DNA of 63,758 bases, the filler included. It is 6 parts of 6 records of this genome, joined end to end, with 100 filler letters (N's around TTAATTAATTAA, not from the genome) between each part and the next. Parts side by side here need not be neighbours in the genome. Positions count along the whole stretch, not along the records: positions 1 to 7,857 come from SRR20825010_276; positions 7,958 to 11,207 come from SRR20825010_287; 4 more parts are not named here. One strand, 5' to 3'. Shown here piece by piece: positions 1 through 9,858 of this stretch. The notes under the pieces were generated by a model. That model saw nothing but the letters and a program-made list of their open reading frames with translations, searched no databases and was not told the DNA's origin. The position numbers were made by a program, and so were the translations under genes. Position 1 is the stretch's first letter; every line of letters begins with the position of its first letter.

Positions 1-681
1 ACAACGGATGAAGACTTCATCAGAACGACGACTTACCAAAATGTAAAGGGCAATTACAATGCGGCGATGGGCATCAATTACTCAAAACAGATTAAAAAGG
101 ATAGTCTTTATACCTTAAAATTCACCCTGAGGCCCAATGCGAGCATTAACAAGCAGGTGGGTTTCACCAATGGGTCCCAACTAGAATCCAACACTTTTGC
201 GATCAGGCCCAGCGCGGGACTTTTGTTCAACTATAAGGAAATGCTGGAGATTGAACCCGAGTACACTTTGGCCGTAAATGCTACGCGATATAATTTGGAC
301 AATGTGGAAGATGTTGATTTTACGACACACAATCTATCTTTTAAGCTCACCTCTTATTGGCCAGAAAACTTGGTGTGGGGCAATGACATCACCTATAGTT
401 ACAATGGTAACCTTGGTGCGGGGTTTGATAAGGACGCCATATTTTGGAACATGAGTTTAGGCGTGCAAATGTTCAAAAAGAAAGCAACGTTAAAGGTGTT
501 GGCCTACGACCTTCTCAATCAGAACATCAACACCAGAAGGACCACTGGACAGGATTTTATCCAGGATTTTCAGGGTACCGCACTTAAACGTTACTTTATG
601 GGCAGCTTGACCATAAAATTTGATTCTTTTGGTGGTGGGGGAGCACCGGAAAAAAGAGGTGGACGGTTTATCAGATTGTAA
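1..681 (+). CDS. Outer-membrane beta-barrel protein (TonB-dependent receptor-like), C-terminal part, 5' truncated
   Basis: Frame open from base 1; amphipathic beta-strand pattern and Bacteroidota barrel C-terminus (..YDLLNQN..RYFMGSLTIKF). Confidence 0.75.
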   Translation, partial: TTDEDFIRTTTYQNVKGNYNAAMGINYSKQIKKDSLYTLKFTLRPNASINKQVGFTNGSQLESNTFAIRPSAGLLFNYKEMLEIEPEYTLAVNATRYNLDNVEDVDFTTHNLSFKLTSYWPENLVWGNDITYSYNGNLGAGFDKDAIFWNMSLGVQMFKKKATLKVLAYDLLNQNINTRRTTGQDFIQDFQGTALKRYFMGSLTIKFDSFGGGGAPEKRGGRFIRL

Positions 682-696
682 AAAAAAGGAGTTTGG

Positions 697-1485
697 TTAC
701 CATCCGCCGGAGGCACCGCCCCCGCCAAATCCACCTCCTCCGAAGCCTCCACTGAATCCACCGCCGCTGAATCCTCCTCCGCTACCAAATCCTCCTGAAG
801 ATCCAGAGCTACGTCCCATGTTGCTCAGAATGATCATATCCCAAATGCTTGGGCCTCGACCTCCACGGCCACCATTGCCACCTCCACCTTTATTTTTTCG
901 GCTCCAAAGAATAATGATGATGACAAAAAAGATGATTATCGGAAAAAGTGCATCTATCGGGAATTTTTTACCGTTGCCAAAAGTCCGGTCCTCGGTAAAC
1001 TCGCCCGTCAATACTTTAAAAATTGCATCAGAACCTTTGTCAAGACCACTATAATAATCTCCTTTCTTAAATTCGGGAATGATCACTGTTTCTATAATAC
1101 GTCTCGACATTAGGTCGGTGAGTCTGCCTTCTACACCATATCCCGTGTTGATGGCAATTCTGCGGTCGTCCCTTGCCAGCAGTACCAATACACCATTGTC
1201 CTTGTCCGCTTGCCCGATGCCCCATTTTTGGCCCCATTGCGCTCCCAAAAAGTTGATTTCCTCACCTTCTGTGGAACTGATTATGGCCACAACGATCTGT
1301 GTGGAGGTGCTGTCCGAATACCGAACGAGCTTTTGTTCCAATGCACTATACTGAGCGGGGGACAATAGGTCCACGTAGTCGTAAACGCTCGTCTGTTTTT
1401 TGGGTTTAGCTGGTATGGTGAACTGCCCCCAAGTTAGGGAAACACATAAAAAAGCCAGTAAAAAACTACCCTTTGGATATCGCAT
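697..1485 (-). CDS. TPM domain protein (YgcG-like) with TM helix and Gly-rich tail
   Basis: WGIGQADKDNGVLVL and GYGVEGRLTD motifs, tail GGFGGGGASGGW; start placed at ATG 1485 (signal peptide follows). Confidence 0.9.
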   Translation of the reverse strand: MRYPKGSFLLAFLCVSLTWGQFTIPAKPKKQTSVYDYVDLLSPAQYSALEQKLVRYSDSTSTQIVVAIISSTEGEEINFLGAQWGQKWGIGQADKDNGVLVLLARDDRRIAINTGYGVEGRLTDLMSRRIIETVIIPEFKKGDYYSGLDKGSDAIFKVLTGEFTEDRTFGNGKKFPIDALFPIIIFFVIIIILWSRKNKGGGGNGGRGGRGPSIWDMIILSNMGRSSGSSGGFGSGGGFSGGGFSGGFGGGGFGGGGASGGW

Positions 1486-1903
1486 CGTTGAGTTCATTGA
1501 TATCATTTTGTTGCCATGGAAAATGGGTCTGTAGCTCTTTGCCGGCCATCAGAACACCTTCAATGATACCTTGTTTAAAATTTCCTTTTTTAAAGTGCGA
1601 AGCGATCACATCCTTGGTAGTATCCCAAAATCCTTTGGGAACGGCCCTATCAATACCCTCACCGCCATAGATTACAAATTTTCTATCGTCCACGGCCACA
1701 TATAAAAGCACCCCATTGCCCTCCTTGGTATTGTCCATTTTCAGGAAATGAAATATTTGCTGGGCCCTGCTAAAGTGGTCTATTTTGGAAGTGGATTCAA
1801 TATGTACGCGGATTTCTCCGGAAGTATTTTTTTCGGCTTCTACAATGGCGTTTACAATATCGTTCTCTTCCTCGGCAGTTAAAAATTCTTCTACGTGCGA
1901 CAT
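1466..1903 (-). CDS. TPM domain protein (short cytoplasmic type)
   Basis: AEKNTSGEIRVHIE, NGVLLYVA, NELNDAIS motifs; sits between lemA and the second TPM gene. Confidence 0.9.
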   Translation of the reverse strand: MSHVEEFLTAEEENDIVNAIVEAEKNTSGEIRVHIESTSKIDHFSRAQQIFHFLKMDNTKEGNGVLLYVAVDDRKFVIYGGEGIDRAVPKGFWDTTKDVIASHFKKGNFKQGIIEGVLMAGKELQTHFPWQQNDINELNDAISKG

Positions 1904-1906
1904 TGG

Positions 1907-2506
1907 CTAGTTGAATTCAAAGTTCACATCGGGGGCTTTTTCGGAACCCGCATCAGATTTAAACAATGGCATGGAGTCAAAGTTTCCGATACTGGCAACA
2001 ATATTGGTTGGAATTTGTTGGATTTTGATGTTGTACTCACCGGCAAGATCATTGAAACGGTTACGTTCCACATTGATTCTGTTCTCGGTGCCTTCCAACT
2101 GCGATTGAAGCTCCAAAAAATTCTGGCTTGCTTTCAGGTCGGGATAGCGTTCCACTGTTACCAATAATCTGGAAAGTGCAGAGGATAATCCCGTTTGGGC
2201 CTGTTGGAACTCAGCCAACTGTTCCGGTGTAAGGTTGTTTGCATCAATATTGGTGGATGTGGCCTTTGCCCTTGCTTCGATTACGTCCGAAAGGGTTTCA
2301 CGTTCAAAATCCGCGGCACCCTGAACTGTTTTTACAAGGTTTCCGATCAAGTCGCTTCTGCGCTGGTACGAGCTCTCCACATTGGCCCACTGTTTCGTGG
2401 CCTGTCCTTTCATGTTGATGAGGTTGTTGTTGGTCCTAACGTACCAACCCACGACGATTACGCCAATCAACCCGAGGACAATAATGGCTATGATACCTTT
2501 TTTCAT
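1907..2506 (-). CDS. lemA: LemA family protein
   Basis: N-terminal TM, YQRRSDLIGNLV, ERYPDLKASQNFLELQSQLEGTENRI. Confidence 0.95.
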   Translation of the reverse strand: MKKGIIAIIVLGLIGVIVVGWYVRTNNNLINMKGQATKQWANVESSYQRRSDLIGNLVKTVQGAADFERETLSDVIEARAKATSTNIDANNLTPEQLAEFQQAQTGLSSALSRLLVTVERYPDLKASQNFLELQSQLEGTENRINVERNRFNDLAGEYNIKIQQIPTNIVASIGNFDSMPLFKSDAGSEKAPDVNFEFN

Positions 2507-2525
2507 TTTCTATTGGTTAAAGTTT

Positions 2526-2855
2526 TTATAGTTGTTCTTTGATCTTTAGCAGTTCCGCTTTCACCTTTTGTAGTTTTTGAATCACTTCAAAATTGGAAAG
2601 CGCCTTTTGCTTTTCTTCCTTCAAATGCGTTTTGGCCCCTTCCAAGGTAAACCCACGTTCCTTGACCAAATGATAGATCAGTTGAAGGTTTTGGATATCC
2701 TGTGGCGTGAATTTGCGATTGCCCTTGGCATTCTTTTTGGGTTGCAATACGTCGAACTCTTTCTCCCAAAAACGGATTAGAGAGGTATTTACCCCAAAGG
2801 CCTTGGCCACTTCGCCAATGCCATAATATCGTTTTTCGGGTAGATCTACGTGCAT
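2526..2855 (-). CDS. MerR family HTH regulator (short, no effector domain)
   Basis: YGIGEVAKAFGVNTSLIRFWEKEF...GNRKF; start overlaps upstream stop (TAATG). Confidence 0.9.
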   Translation of the reverse strand: MHVDLPEKRYYGIGEVAKAFGVNTSLIRFWEKEFDVLQPKKNAKGNRKFTPQDIQNLQLIYHLVKERGFTLEGAKTHLKEEKQKALSNFEVIQKLQKVKAELLKIKEQL

Positions 2856-3832
2856 TAATCCAGCGATTGGTTCTCTTGGTTTGCCAATCGGAGCATGTTA
2901 TCAAACTCTTCGGCAGATAAACTTCCATAGTAGAAGTTGATCGGGTTGATACGCTCACCATCTTTAAATACTTCGTAATGAACGTGTGGTGCTTCGGAAC
3001 GTCCCGTGCTGCCAACAAAGCCGATAAGGTCTCCCCTTTTGACTTTTTGACCGACCGTTACATTGTATTTGCTCATGTGGCCATATAGCGAGATATAACC
3101 GTAGCCATGATCGATACGGACGTGTTTTCCATAACCTGAGGACCTGTTGTCGGCCCGAACTACTTTTCCGTCACCGGTGGCATAAATTGGTGAACCCCTG
3201 GGCGCGGTAAAATCCATTCCCCAGTGCATTTTGCGGGCTTTTGTAAACGGGTCGGAACGCCAACCGTAACCTGAGGCCATTCGTGTAAGATCTTCGTTGC
3301 TTACGGGTTGAATTGCAGGAATGGAAGCCAATAGTTTTTCTTTCTCCTCTGCCAATTTGGCTATTTCATCCAAGGATTTGGATTGTATGACCATTCCTTT
3401 TTGAATGATGTCCAACCGCTTTGTGGCATCAATAATAATCTCGGAATTGTTGAAACCTTCAAGGTCTTTATAGCGGTTTATACCACCAAAACCAGCTCTT
3501 CGCTGTTCCTCAGGTATCGGATTTGCTTCAAAATATAAACGGTAGATGTTATTGTCCCTTTCCTCGATATTACCCAAAACTTGTTCCATTTGGTCCATTT
3601 TACGGTTGAGGATATCAAATTGGAGCTCGTAGTTCCGTACTTCCCTTTCCAGAGAAAGTTCTTTGGGCGTATTTACCCATCGGGTGTTCAAAAGAATGAT
3701 CAGTCCAAGGAAACCGAACAATGCTGAACCCAGCAAGAATAGGAAAATATTCCTATATTTTTTCGATTTTTTCGGCTCGATCTTTCTGTACGAAAGGGTA
3801 TCCGGATCGTAATAGTACTTTACTTTAGACAT
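2855..3832 (-). CDS. M23 family metallo-endopeptidase
   Basis: TM + coiled coil + HWGMD (HxxxD) and PHVHYEV (HxH) zinc motifs. Confidence 0.93.
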   Translation of the reverse strand: MSKVKYYYDPDTLSYRKIEPKKSKKYRNIFLFLLGSALFGFLGLIILLNTRWVNTPKELSLEREVRNYELQFDILNRKMDQMEQVLGNIEERDNNIYRLYFEANPIPEEQRRAGFGGINRYKDLEGFNNSEIIIDATKRLDIIQKGMVIQSKSLDEIAKLAEEKEKLLASIPAIQPVSNEDLTRMASGYGWRSDPFTKARKMHWGMDFTAPRGSPIYATGDGKVVRADNRSSGYGKHVRIDHGYGYISLYGHMSKYNVTVGQKVKRGDLIGFVGSTGRSEAPHVHYEVFKDGERINPINFYYGSLSAEEFDNMLRLANQENQSLD

Positions 3833-3936
3833 GAATGGATTTTATCCTATTTTTGCTCACTCATTTTAATCAGAACAAACAAATATAAAAATTGTTTTGC
3901 TTAAACTGTTAAATTTAAGAAAACCCTAGGAATTCA

Positions 3937-6549
3937 ATGACATCCCAAGAAGTTAGAAACCAGTTTTTAAACTTTTTCAAAGAAAAGAACCACAAGATTG
4001 TGCCATCTGCACCCATGGTAATGAAGGACGACCCTACCCTGATGTTCACCAATGCCGGTATGAACCAGTTCAAGGAGTACTTTTTGGGGAATTCCGTTCC
4101 TAAGAGCAAACGATTGACAGATACCCAAAAGTGTTTGAGGGTAAGTGGGAAACACAATGATCTCGAAGAGGTCGGGAAAGATACCTATCACCATACCATG
4201 TTCGAGATGTTGGGGAACTGGAGCATCGGGGATTACTTTAAAAAGGAAGCCATTGCGTGGGCATGGGAATTGCTTACCGAGGTATATAAAATTGATAAGG
4301 ACAGTCTTTACGTTTCCGTTTTTGAAGGAAGTGAGGATGATAATCTCCCGCTCGATCAAGAAGCCTATAATCTGTGGAAGGCCATTGTGCCCGAGAACAG
4401 AATCATCAAAGGCAATAAAAAGGACAACTTTTGGGAGATGGGCGATCAAGGTCCCTGCGGACCCTGTTCGGAAATCCATGTGGATATTCGTTCCAAAGAG
4501 GAGAAGGCCAAAGTCGATGGCGCTTCCTTGGTAAACCAAGATCATCCGCAAGTGGTGGAAATCTGGAACTTGGTGTTTATGCAGTTCAACCGTAAGGCTA
4601 ACGGCAGTTTGGAGCCACTTCCCGAAAAACATATAGATACCGGAATGGGCTTCGAGCGCTTGTGTATGGTGCTTCAAAACAAACAGTCCAATTACGATAC
4701 AGACGTTTTTACCCCGTTGATTCGCGAGGTGGAAACCATTACTGGAAAAAAGTACGGGAAAGACGAAGAAACCGATATTGCTATCCGTGTTATTTCCGAT
4801 CACGTGCGAGCGGTTGCCTTTTCCATTGCTGATGGGCAATTGCCCAGTAATACGGGGGCAGGATATGTAATCCGAAGAATTCTGCGCCGTGCCATTCGCT
4901 ACGGATTTACTTTTCTGGACACTAACAAACCATTTATTTACAGACTGGTAAAGGTGTTGAGCGAACAGATGGGCAAGGCTTTTCCTGAGTTGAAAGAACA
5001 ACACCAGTTGATAGAAAACGTCATCAAAGAAGAGGAAAGCTCTTTCTTGAGCACCTTGGAGCAAGGTTTGGTACTGTTGGATTCCGTGATCAAGTCTTCC
5101 AAAGACAAAACCATTGCGGGCGACAAGGCCTTTGAACTCTACGATACTTTCGGTTTTCCGATAGACTTGACCTCCTTGATTGTGGAAGAGAAGGGGTATC
5201 AATTGGATACCGAAGGATTCGAAAAAGCATTGAAGGCCCAAAAAGACCGTTCACGAGCAGCATCCGAAGTGTCCAAGGATGATTGGAACATTTTAATGGC
5301 CGATACCGAACAGGAGTTTATTGGTTACGATAGTTTGGAAGCGCAGGTAAAGCTGGTAAAATATCGAAAGGTGACCAGCAAAAAAGAAGGAGACCAATAC
5401 CAACTGGTTTTCAATCTGACTCCATTTTACGCCGAAGGCGGTGGACAGGTAGGGGATAAGGGCTATTTGGAAGCATCTAACGGTGATGTTACCTATATTG
5501 TGGACACCAAACGAGAGAACAACGAGATTGTTCACTTCGCGAAATCCTTGCCCAAAGAGGTTTCGGGAACTTTTAAAGCGGTGGTCGACGAAAAACAGCG
5601 TTGGAGAACGGAGTGCAACCATACGGCCACGCACTTGTTGCATCAGGCACTGCGTGAGGTTTTGGGCACCCACGTGGAACAGAAAGGTTCTGCGGTACAT
5701 TCCAAATATTTGCGTTTTGATTTTTCCCACTTTTCAAGATTGACGACCGAGCAACTTCGGGAAGTTGAAAACTTTGTCAACGCCCGTATTGATGGACACC
5801 TTCCCTTGGAAGAAAGTCGCAATGTGCCTATGCAAGAAGCCATGGGGCAAGGAGCTATGGCCCTCTTTGGAGAAAAATATGGCGATACCGTGAGAACCGT
5901 TCGTTTTGGGCAATCCATTGAACTTTGTGGGGGTACCCACGTGAAGAACACGGCCGACATCTGGCACTTTAAAATTGTTTCCGAAGGAGCGGTTGCTGCC
6001 GGAATTCGAAGGATAGAGGCCATTACTTCCGATGCCGTTAAGGAATTTTACTTTAACAATAACCGTATGCTCTTCGAGATCAAGGATATGTTGAAAAACT
6101 CCCAAGACCCGGTAAAATCGGTGGCCAGTTTGCAAGAAGAGAACCTTGCCCTTAAAAAGCAGGTGGAGCAATTATTGAAGGATAAGGCGAAGGGACTCAA
6201 AAATGAGTTGATTGCGGAATTGGAAGATATAAACGGAATGAGGTTTTTGGCTCAAAAAGTGGATTTGGATGCGGGCGGCATAAAGGATTTGGCATTTGAA
6301 ATGGGCGGGCAGGTAGATAACTTGTTCCTGTTGCTGGCTTCGGAAAAAGATGGGAAAGCTGTATTGTCCTGCTACATTTCCAAGGATTTGGTTGCCGAAA
6401 AAGACCTGAATGCTGGAACCATTGTCCGTGAACTGGGCAAATACATTCAAGGCGGTGGAGGCGGACAACCGTTCTTTGCCACTGCAGGAGGTAAAAATCC
6501 TGCTGGGATTCCCGAAGCCTTAGAGAAAGTAAAGGATTATCTAAAATGA
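3937..6549 (+). CDS. alaS: Alanine--tRNA ligase
   Basis: [27 protein letters not shown], editing motifs HTATH and ELCGGTH, C-Ala GGGGGQP; 870 aa. Confidence 0.99.
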   Translation: MTSQEVRNQFLNFFKEKNHKIVPSAPMVMKDDPTLMFTNAGMNQFKEYFLGNSVPKSKRLTDTQKCLRVSGKHNDLEEVGKDTYHHTMFEMLGNWSIGDYFKKEAIAWAWELLTEVYKIDKDSLYVSVFEGSEDDNLPLDQEAYNLWKAIVPENRIIKGNKKDNFWEMGDQGPCGPCSEIHVDIRSKEEKAKVDGASLVNQDHPQVVEIWNLVFMQFNRKANGSLEPLPEKHIDTGMGFERLCMVLQNKQSNYDTDVFTPLIREVETITGKKYGKDEETDIAIRVISDHVRAVAFSIADGQLPSNTGAGYVIRRILRRAIRYGFTFLDTNKPFIYRLVKVLSEQMGKAFPELKEQHQLIENVIKEEESSFLSTLEQGLVLLDSVIKSSKDKTIAGDKAFELYDTFGFPIDLTSLIVEEKGYQLDTEGFEKALKAQKDRSRAASEVSKDDWNILMADTEQEFIGYDSLEAQVKLVKYRKVTSKKEGDQYQLVFNLTPFYAEGGGQVGDKGYLEASNGDVTYIVDTKRENNEIVHFAKSLPKEVSGTFKAVVDEKQRWRTECNHTATHLLHQALREVLGTHVEQKGSAVHSKYLRFDFSHFSRLTTEQLREVENFVNARIDGHLPLEESRNVPMQEAMGQGAMALFGEKYGDTVRTVRFGQSIELCGGTHVKNTADIWHFKIVSEGAVAAGIRRIEAITSDAVKEFYFNNNRMLFEIKDMLKNSQDPVKSVASLQEENLALKKQVEQLLKDKAKGLKNELIAELEDINGMRFLAQKVDLDAGGIKDLAFEMGGQVDNLFLLLASEKDGKAVLSCYISKDLVAEKDLNAGTIVRELGKYIQGGGGGQPFFATAGGKNPAGIPEALEKVKDYLK

Positions 6550-6567
6550 TTTTCTTAGATTAACATT

Positions 6568-6629
6568 TGTCACATCGAGCGCAGTCGAGATGTGATGCTA
6601 TGTCGTTCTCGACTGCGCTCGAACTGACA
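6568..6629. repeat. Inverted pair of GTCA-tagged REP-like palindromic repeats
   Basis: TGTCACATCGAGCGCAGTCGAGA (6568-6590) and inverted TCTCGACTGCGCTCGAACTGACA (6607-6629) between alaS and GSCFA. Confidence 0.85.
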
Positions 6630-6644
6630 TTTTTAGCAAATCAA

Positions 6645-7604
6645 ATGGAACTACAAACAAAGATACCTTTAACGACCAGCGATAATCCCATCGATTATCA
6701 AAGTAAGTTGGTGCTTTTAGGGTCTTGTTTTGTGGAAAATATGGGTGCGAAGCTGGATTATTTTAAGTTTCAGCAATTCCAAAATCCCTTTGGGATATTG
6801 TTCCATCCCTTGGCCATTGAAAATTTGGTACAACGAGCCATTGAAGGGAAAACCTATCGGCAAGAAGAGATTTTTGAGCAGGATGGAATTTGGCACTGTT
6901 TTGATGCGCATTCCGACTTGCGTTCAGGATCCTCAGAGAAACTTTTGCATCTTCTCAACCAAAGGTTGAAAGAAACCAAGACCAATCTAGAAGCATCTTC
7001 CCATATCATCATCACCTTGGGAACGGCTTGGGTTTACGAGGATAATTCATCAGGGAAAACTGTGGCCAATTGCCATAAGGTTCCGCAGAAGCAATTCACA
7101 AAAAAACTATTGAGCCCTACCGAAATTGAAGCGAGTCTTCAAAATGTGATGGCCTTGATTCAAAAAGTGAATCCCAATACGCAAATCATTTTCACCATTT
7201 CGCCCGTTCGCCATTTAAAAGACGGTTTTGTGGAAAATCAACGGAGCAAGGCGCATTTAATCACTGCGATACATTCCGTTTTGTCATCTCGAGCGCAGTC
7301 GAGAGAACTTGCGTATTTCCCTTCGTACGAAATTATGATGGACGAGCTGCGCGATTATCGCTTTTACGGGAAAGATATGGTACACCCGAACCCATTGGCC
7401 ATCGATTACATTTGGGAACGCTTCAAATCCGTTTGGATTTCGGAAAATGCTTCCGCTGTAATGGATGAAGTGGATGCCATTCAAAAAGGGTTGTTGCACC
7501 GACCGTTCAACCCCGATTCCGATGCACATCAAAAGTTCAAAACATCGCTCCGCGCAAAAATTACGTATCTTCAAGAAAGGTTTCCTTTTATGAAATTTGA
7601 ATAA
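6645..7604 (+). CDS. GSCFA domain protein (SGNH-like)
   Basis: LGSCFVEN, NPFG, TLGTAWVY, ISPVRH, YFPSYEIMMDELRDYRFY; start ATG 6645 (the longer ORF only reads through the REP pair). Confidence 0.92.
   Translation: MELQTKIPLTTSDNPIDYQSKLVLLGSCFVENMGAKLDYFKFQQFQNPFGILFHPLAIENLVQRAIEGKTYRQEEIFEQDGIWHCFDAHSDLRSGSSEKLLHLLNQRLKETKTNLEASSHIIITLGTAWVYEDNSSGKTVANCHKVPQKQFTKKLLSPTEIEASLQNVMALIQKVNPNTQIIFTISPVRHLKDGFVENQRSKAHLITAIHSVLSSRAQSRELAYFPSYEIMMDELRDYRFYGKDMVHPNPLAIDYIWERFKSVWISENASAVMDEVDAIQKGLLHRPFNPDSDAHQKFKTSLRAKITYLQERFPFMKFE
7282..7304 (+). repeat. Third copy of the REP-like repeat, in frame inside the GSCFA gene
   Basis: TGTCATCTCGAGCGCAGTCGAGA, 21/23 identical to the intergenic copies; translates as LSSRAQSR. 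Confidence 0.85.
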
Positions 7605-7857
7605 ATGAAGAGAGTATTAGTTGGAGCGGTAATAGCGTTGGCGTCGGTTTTGATCTACAAATCCTGCGCAGATGACCGTGAACAAAAATCAATTTTAGAA
7701 GAAAGTTCAATGCTGATTCAGCAAGAACTACGCAACGTATCCAAATTAGTGGTCACCGAAGGGCATTTTGCGGAGGTGTACAATTATAAGGATTCCAAAG
7801 AACTCTTCGGACCTTTGGTCACGGCCCATAAAAAGGCACTGGTGGTGGTCAATGCCG
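7605..7857 (+). CDS. DUF4230 domain protein, 3' truncated
   Basis: N-terminal anchor then KLVVTEGHFAEVYNY..KKALVVVNA; runs into spacer. Confidence 0.75.
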
Positions 7858-7957
7858 NNNNNNNNNNNNNNNNNNNNNNNNNNNNNNNNNNNNNNNNNNN
7901 NTTAATTAATTAANNNNNNNNNNNNNNNNNNNNNNNNNNNNNNNNNNNNNNNNNNNN
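7858..7957. other. Artificial contig spacer
   Basis: 44 N + TTAATTAATTAA + 44 N; composition changes across it. Confidence 0.99.
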
Positions 7958-8253
7958 CCGACGATATGGTGCTGGCCGAGGGGCTGGACCGATTTTCGCA
8001 AATGGTGGATCTGCCGTTGGTGCGTCCGTCGCATAGCTGGGCGGGGATGCGCAGCTTTGTGGCGGACAAGACGCCGGTGGTGGGGATGGACCCCGATGCG
8101 CCGGGGTTCTTTTGGCTGGCGGGGCAGGGGGGGTATGGCGTGCAGACCTCGCCCGCGCTGGCATGTCTGACGGCGGCCCTGTGCCTAGGCGAACCACCGG
8201 CCTTGGCGGCGGATGTTGTGGCTGCGCTGGCCCCGGACCGATTGCACGGCTGA
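7958..8253 (+). CDS. FAD-dependent oxidoreductase (DadA/D-amino acid dehydrogenase-like), C-terminal fragment
   Basis: WAGMRSFVADKTPVVG, FFWLAGQGGYGVQTSPA. Confidence 0.85.
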
Positions 8254-8291
8254 CCGGGAAAACCGCATTTGTTCAGGGGGTGACGGGCGGC

Positions 8292-8393
8292 TTAGAACGC
8301 CGCCCAGTCGGTAAAGCGGTAGGTTTGCGGTTTGGTGTTGCCCGGGGTGGGCGAGGTCGGCTGGGCGGGGCTGGGTTGTGTGTGCTTGGTCAT
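8292..8393 (-). CDS. Unannotated 33-aa small protein MTKHTQPSPAQPTSPTPGNTKPQTYRFTDWAAF
   Basis: Hand-translated; SD AAGGAG 7 nt before ATG; fills the gap between genes; below the ORF-track length cut-off. Confidence 0.7.
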   Translation of the reverse strand: MTKHTQPSPAQPTSPTPGNTKPQTYRFTDWAAF

Positions 8394-8480
8394 CTCTGGT
8401 CTCCTTCTCTGCCATTGAATGTGGGCGAGAAGGCGGGCTTTCGACAGTCATGTTTCCAATACCTGTCAGGGATGTGACCA

Positions 8481-8915
8481 CTAGCGCGGCGGGATGACGC
8501 CCTTTTTCAGGATGATATTACCATAAAGCCTTGATTCCCCGGTCTGAATCACTGCGAAACAGGTCTTGGCCCGCTCATAAAAGGCAAAGCGTTCCAGCGT
8601 TGCGATGGGCGCGGGGTTGTCGGCGACACGGTCTATAATCCCTTGAAACTCTTGCACGATCTCGGGAACCGCATCCGGGTCGTCGACCACCTGCATGGTT
8701 TGCGACGGGTCGCTGACGTATCTATCAAGTGGCATCAGGGTCAGAACCGCCTCCAGCACATCCGTCGCGGTAATACCGTCCAGGCGATGCACCTTGCACC
8801 CCATTGAATAGGCAGGAAAATTGGCATCCGAAATCACGATCTCATCGCCGTGGCCCATGGCCCGCAGCGTGTGAAGGATGTCGGGGGACAGGATGGGGGG
8901 CACGTTGTGCAGCAT
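8481..8915 (-). CDS. RbsD/FucU family sugar mutarotase/pyranase
   Basis: MGHGDEIVISDANFP, RFAFYERAK, TGESRLYGNIILKKGVI. Confidence 0.93.
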   Translation of the reverse strand: MLHNVPPILSPDILHTLRAMGHGDEIVISDANFPAYSMGCKVHRLDGITATDVLEAVLTLMPLDRYVSDPSQTMQVVDDPDAVPEIVQEFQGIIDRVADNPAPIATLERFAFYERAKTCFAVIQTGESRLYGNIILKKGVIPPR

Positions 8916-9125
8916 GTGGGAAACCTCTGGAATACCCGACCATGAAAAACGCCAAAGCCGCGCGGTGCAAGCGCAAACATCGCCTCGCCGCGTGGAGCCA
9001 ACCGCCCGGCGGGGCCTTTGGACTGGCGTCGGGCGACATCATGGATGGCCTTGAGACGGCACAGGCTTTGCGGCAATGCTGGGCGGCGGCCTGCGGACCG
9101 CGCGTAGGGGCGAAGTGGACAAGCC

Positions 9126-9821
9126 ATGCCAGAGTTGATGGAAGGCGCAATTTTCTGGGGGATTGTGACTGCGGTTGTGGTCCGGGCTCTGGTCAATCGG
9201 TCGGGCACGCGGCGGCTGCCGCTGTGGGGCACGGCGCTGGTTGGCATCGCCATGGCGTGGCTGGGGATGCCCGTTCTGGCCGGGGCGCAGGATCTGTGGC
9301 GGTCCACCCCATGGTTGCCTGAAGTGACCGGCGGGGCGCTGTTCATCGGTGGCTGGGTGGCGATGGTTGCGGCGGTGCTGTTCGAACGCAAGGGCGCGCC
9401 GCGCCGGGTGCCATTGTGGGTGGCGGCACTGGCGGGGGGCGTGGCCACATTTGCGGTGCCGCCGCTGTTGGACGCTGTCACCGGCTCTTACCAGCGGGCG
9501 TCGTTCCGGGCCGATGTCAACAATTGTACGCGCGGGATGCTGGGTCAGGTGCAGCCGCAGGACGTGACCAACACTTGCGATTTTCCGATCACTGTCGGGC
9601 TGTGCCTGCCGACAGAACAAAACCCCGAGCCCTGCGCGCAGTCGGTGACGCTTGAACCGGGAGAGGTGGCGCGGTTCAATCCCGGCTCGGCGGGGCTGTC
9701 GTCGGTGCCGTCCAACCCGGCCGGGCTGACTGTGGTCGCCTGCCGGGTGCCGCACCGGCCGTCGCGCACGCCCAAGGTAACGGGCCGGGGGTTTGACGGC
9801 GTGTGCCTGCCAGCCGGATAG
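9126..9821 (+). CDS. Hypothetical membrane protein, about 4 TM plus C-terminal six-Cys domain
   Basis: Hydrophobic N-terminal half, soluble C-terminal half with 6 Cys; GC3-rich codons. Confidence 0.65.
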   Translation: MPELMEGAIFWGIVTAVVVRALVNRSGTRRLPLWGTALVGIAMAWLGMPVLAGAQDLWRSTPWLPEVTGGALFIGGWVAMVAAVLFERKGAPRRVPLWVAALAGGVATFAVPPLLDAVTGSYQRASFRADVNNCTRGMLGQVQPQDVTNTCDFPITVGLCLPTEQNPEPCAQSVTLEPGEVARFNPGSAGLSSVPSNPAGLTVVACRVPHRPSRTPKVTGRGFDGVCLPAG

Positions 9822-9858
9822 GACAAGGGATGCGGTTTGGTAAAGGAATGGAGAGCGG

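Noticed and set aside
620..1054. Proline-rich 144-aa ORF
   Set aside because: Antisense shadow of the Gly-rich tail of the TPM gene
3967..5241. Long antisense ORFs (also 25202-26392, 44952-46322, 49520-50749, 55766-56953)
   Set aside because: Lie opposite well-conserved genes and have no motifs; typical codon-bias shadows
6567..6644. N-terminal extension of GSCFA (MSHRAQSRC...)
   Set aside because: Translation of the intergenic REP pair from a TTG without SD; family-like sequence starts at ATG 6645
7902..7913. Recurrent TTAATTAATTAA motif as a biological repeat or CtrA site
   Set aside because: Synthetic all-frame stop linker inside N spacers
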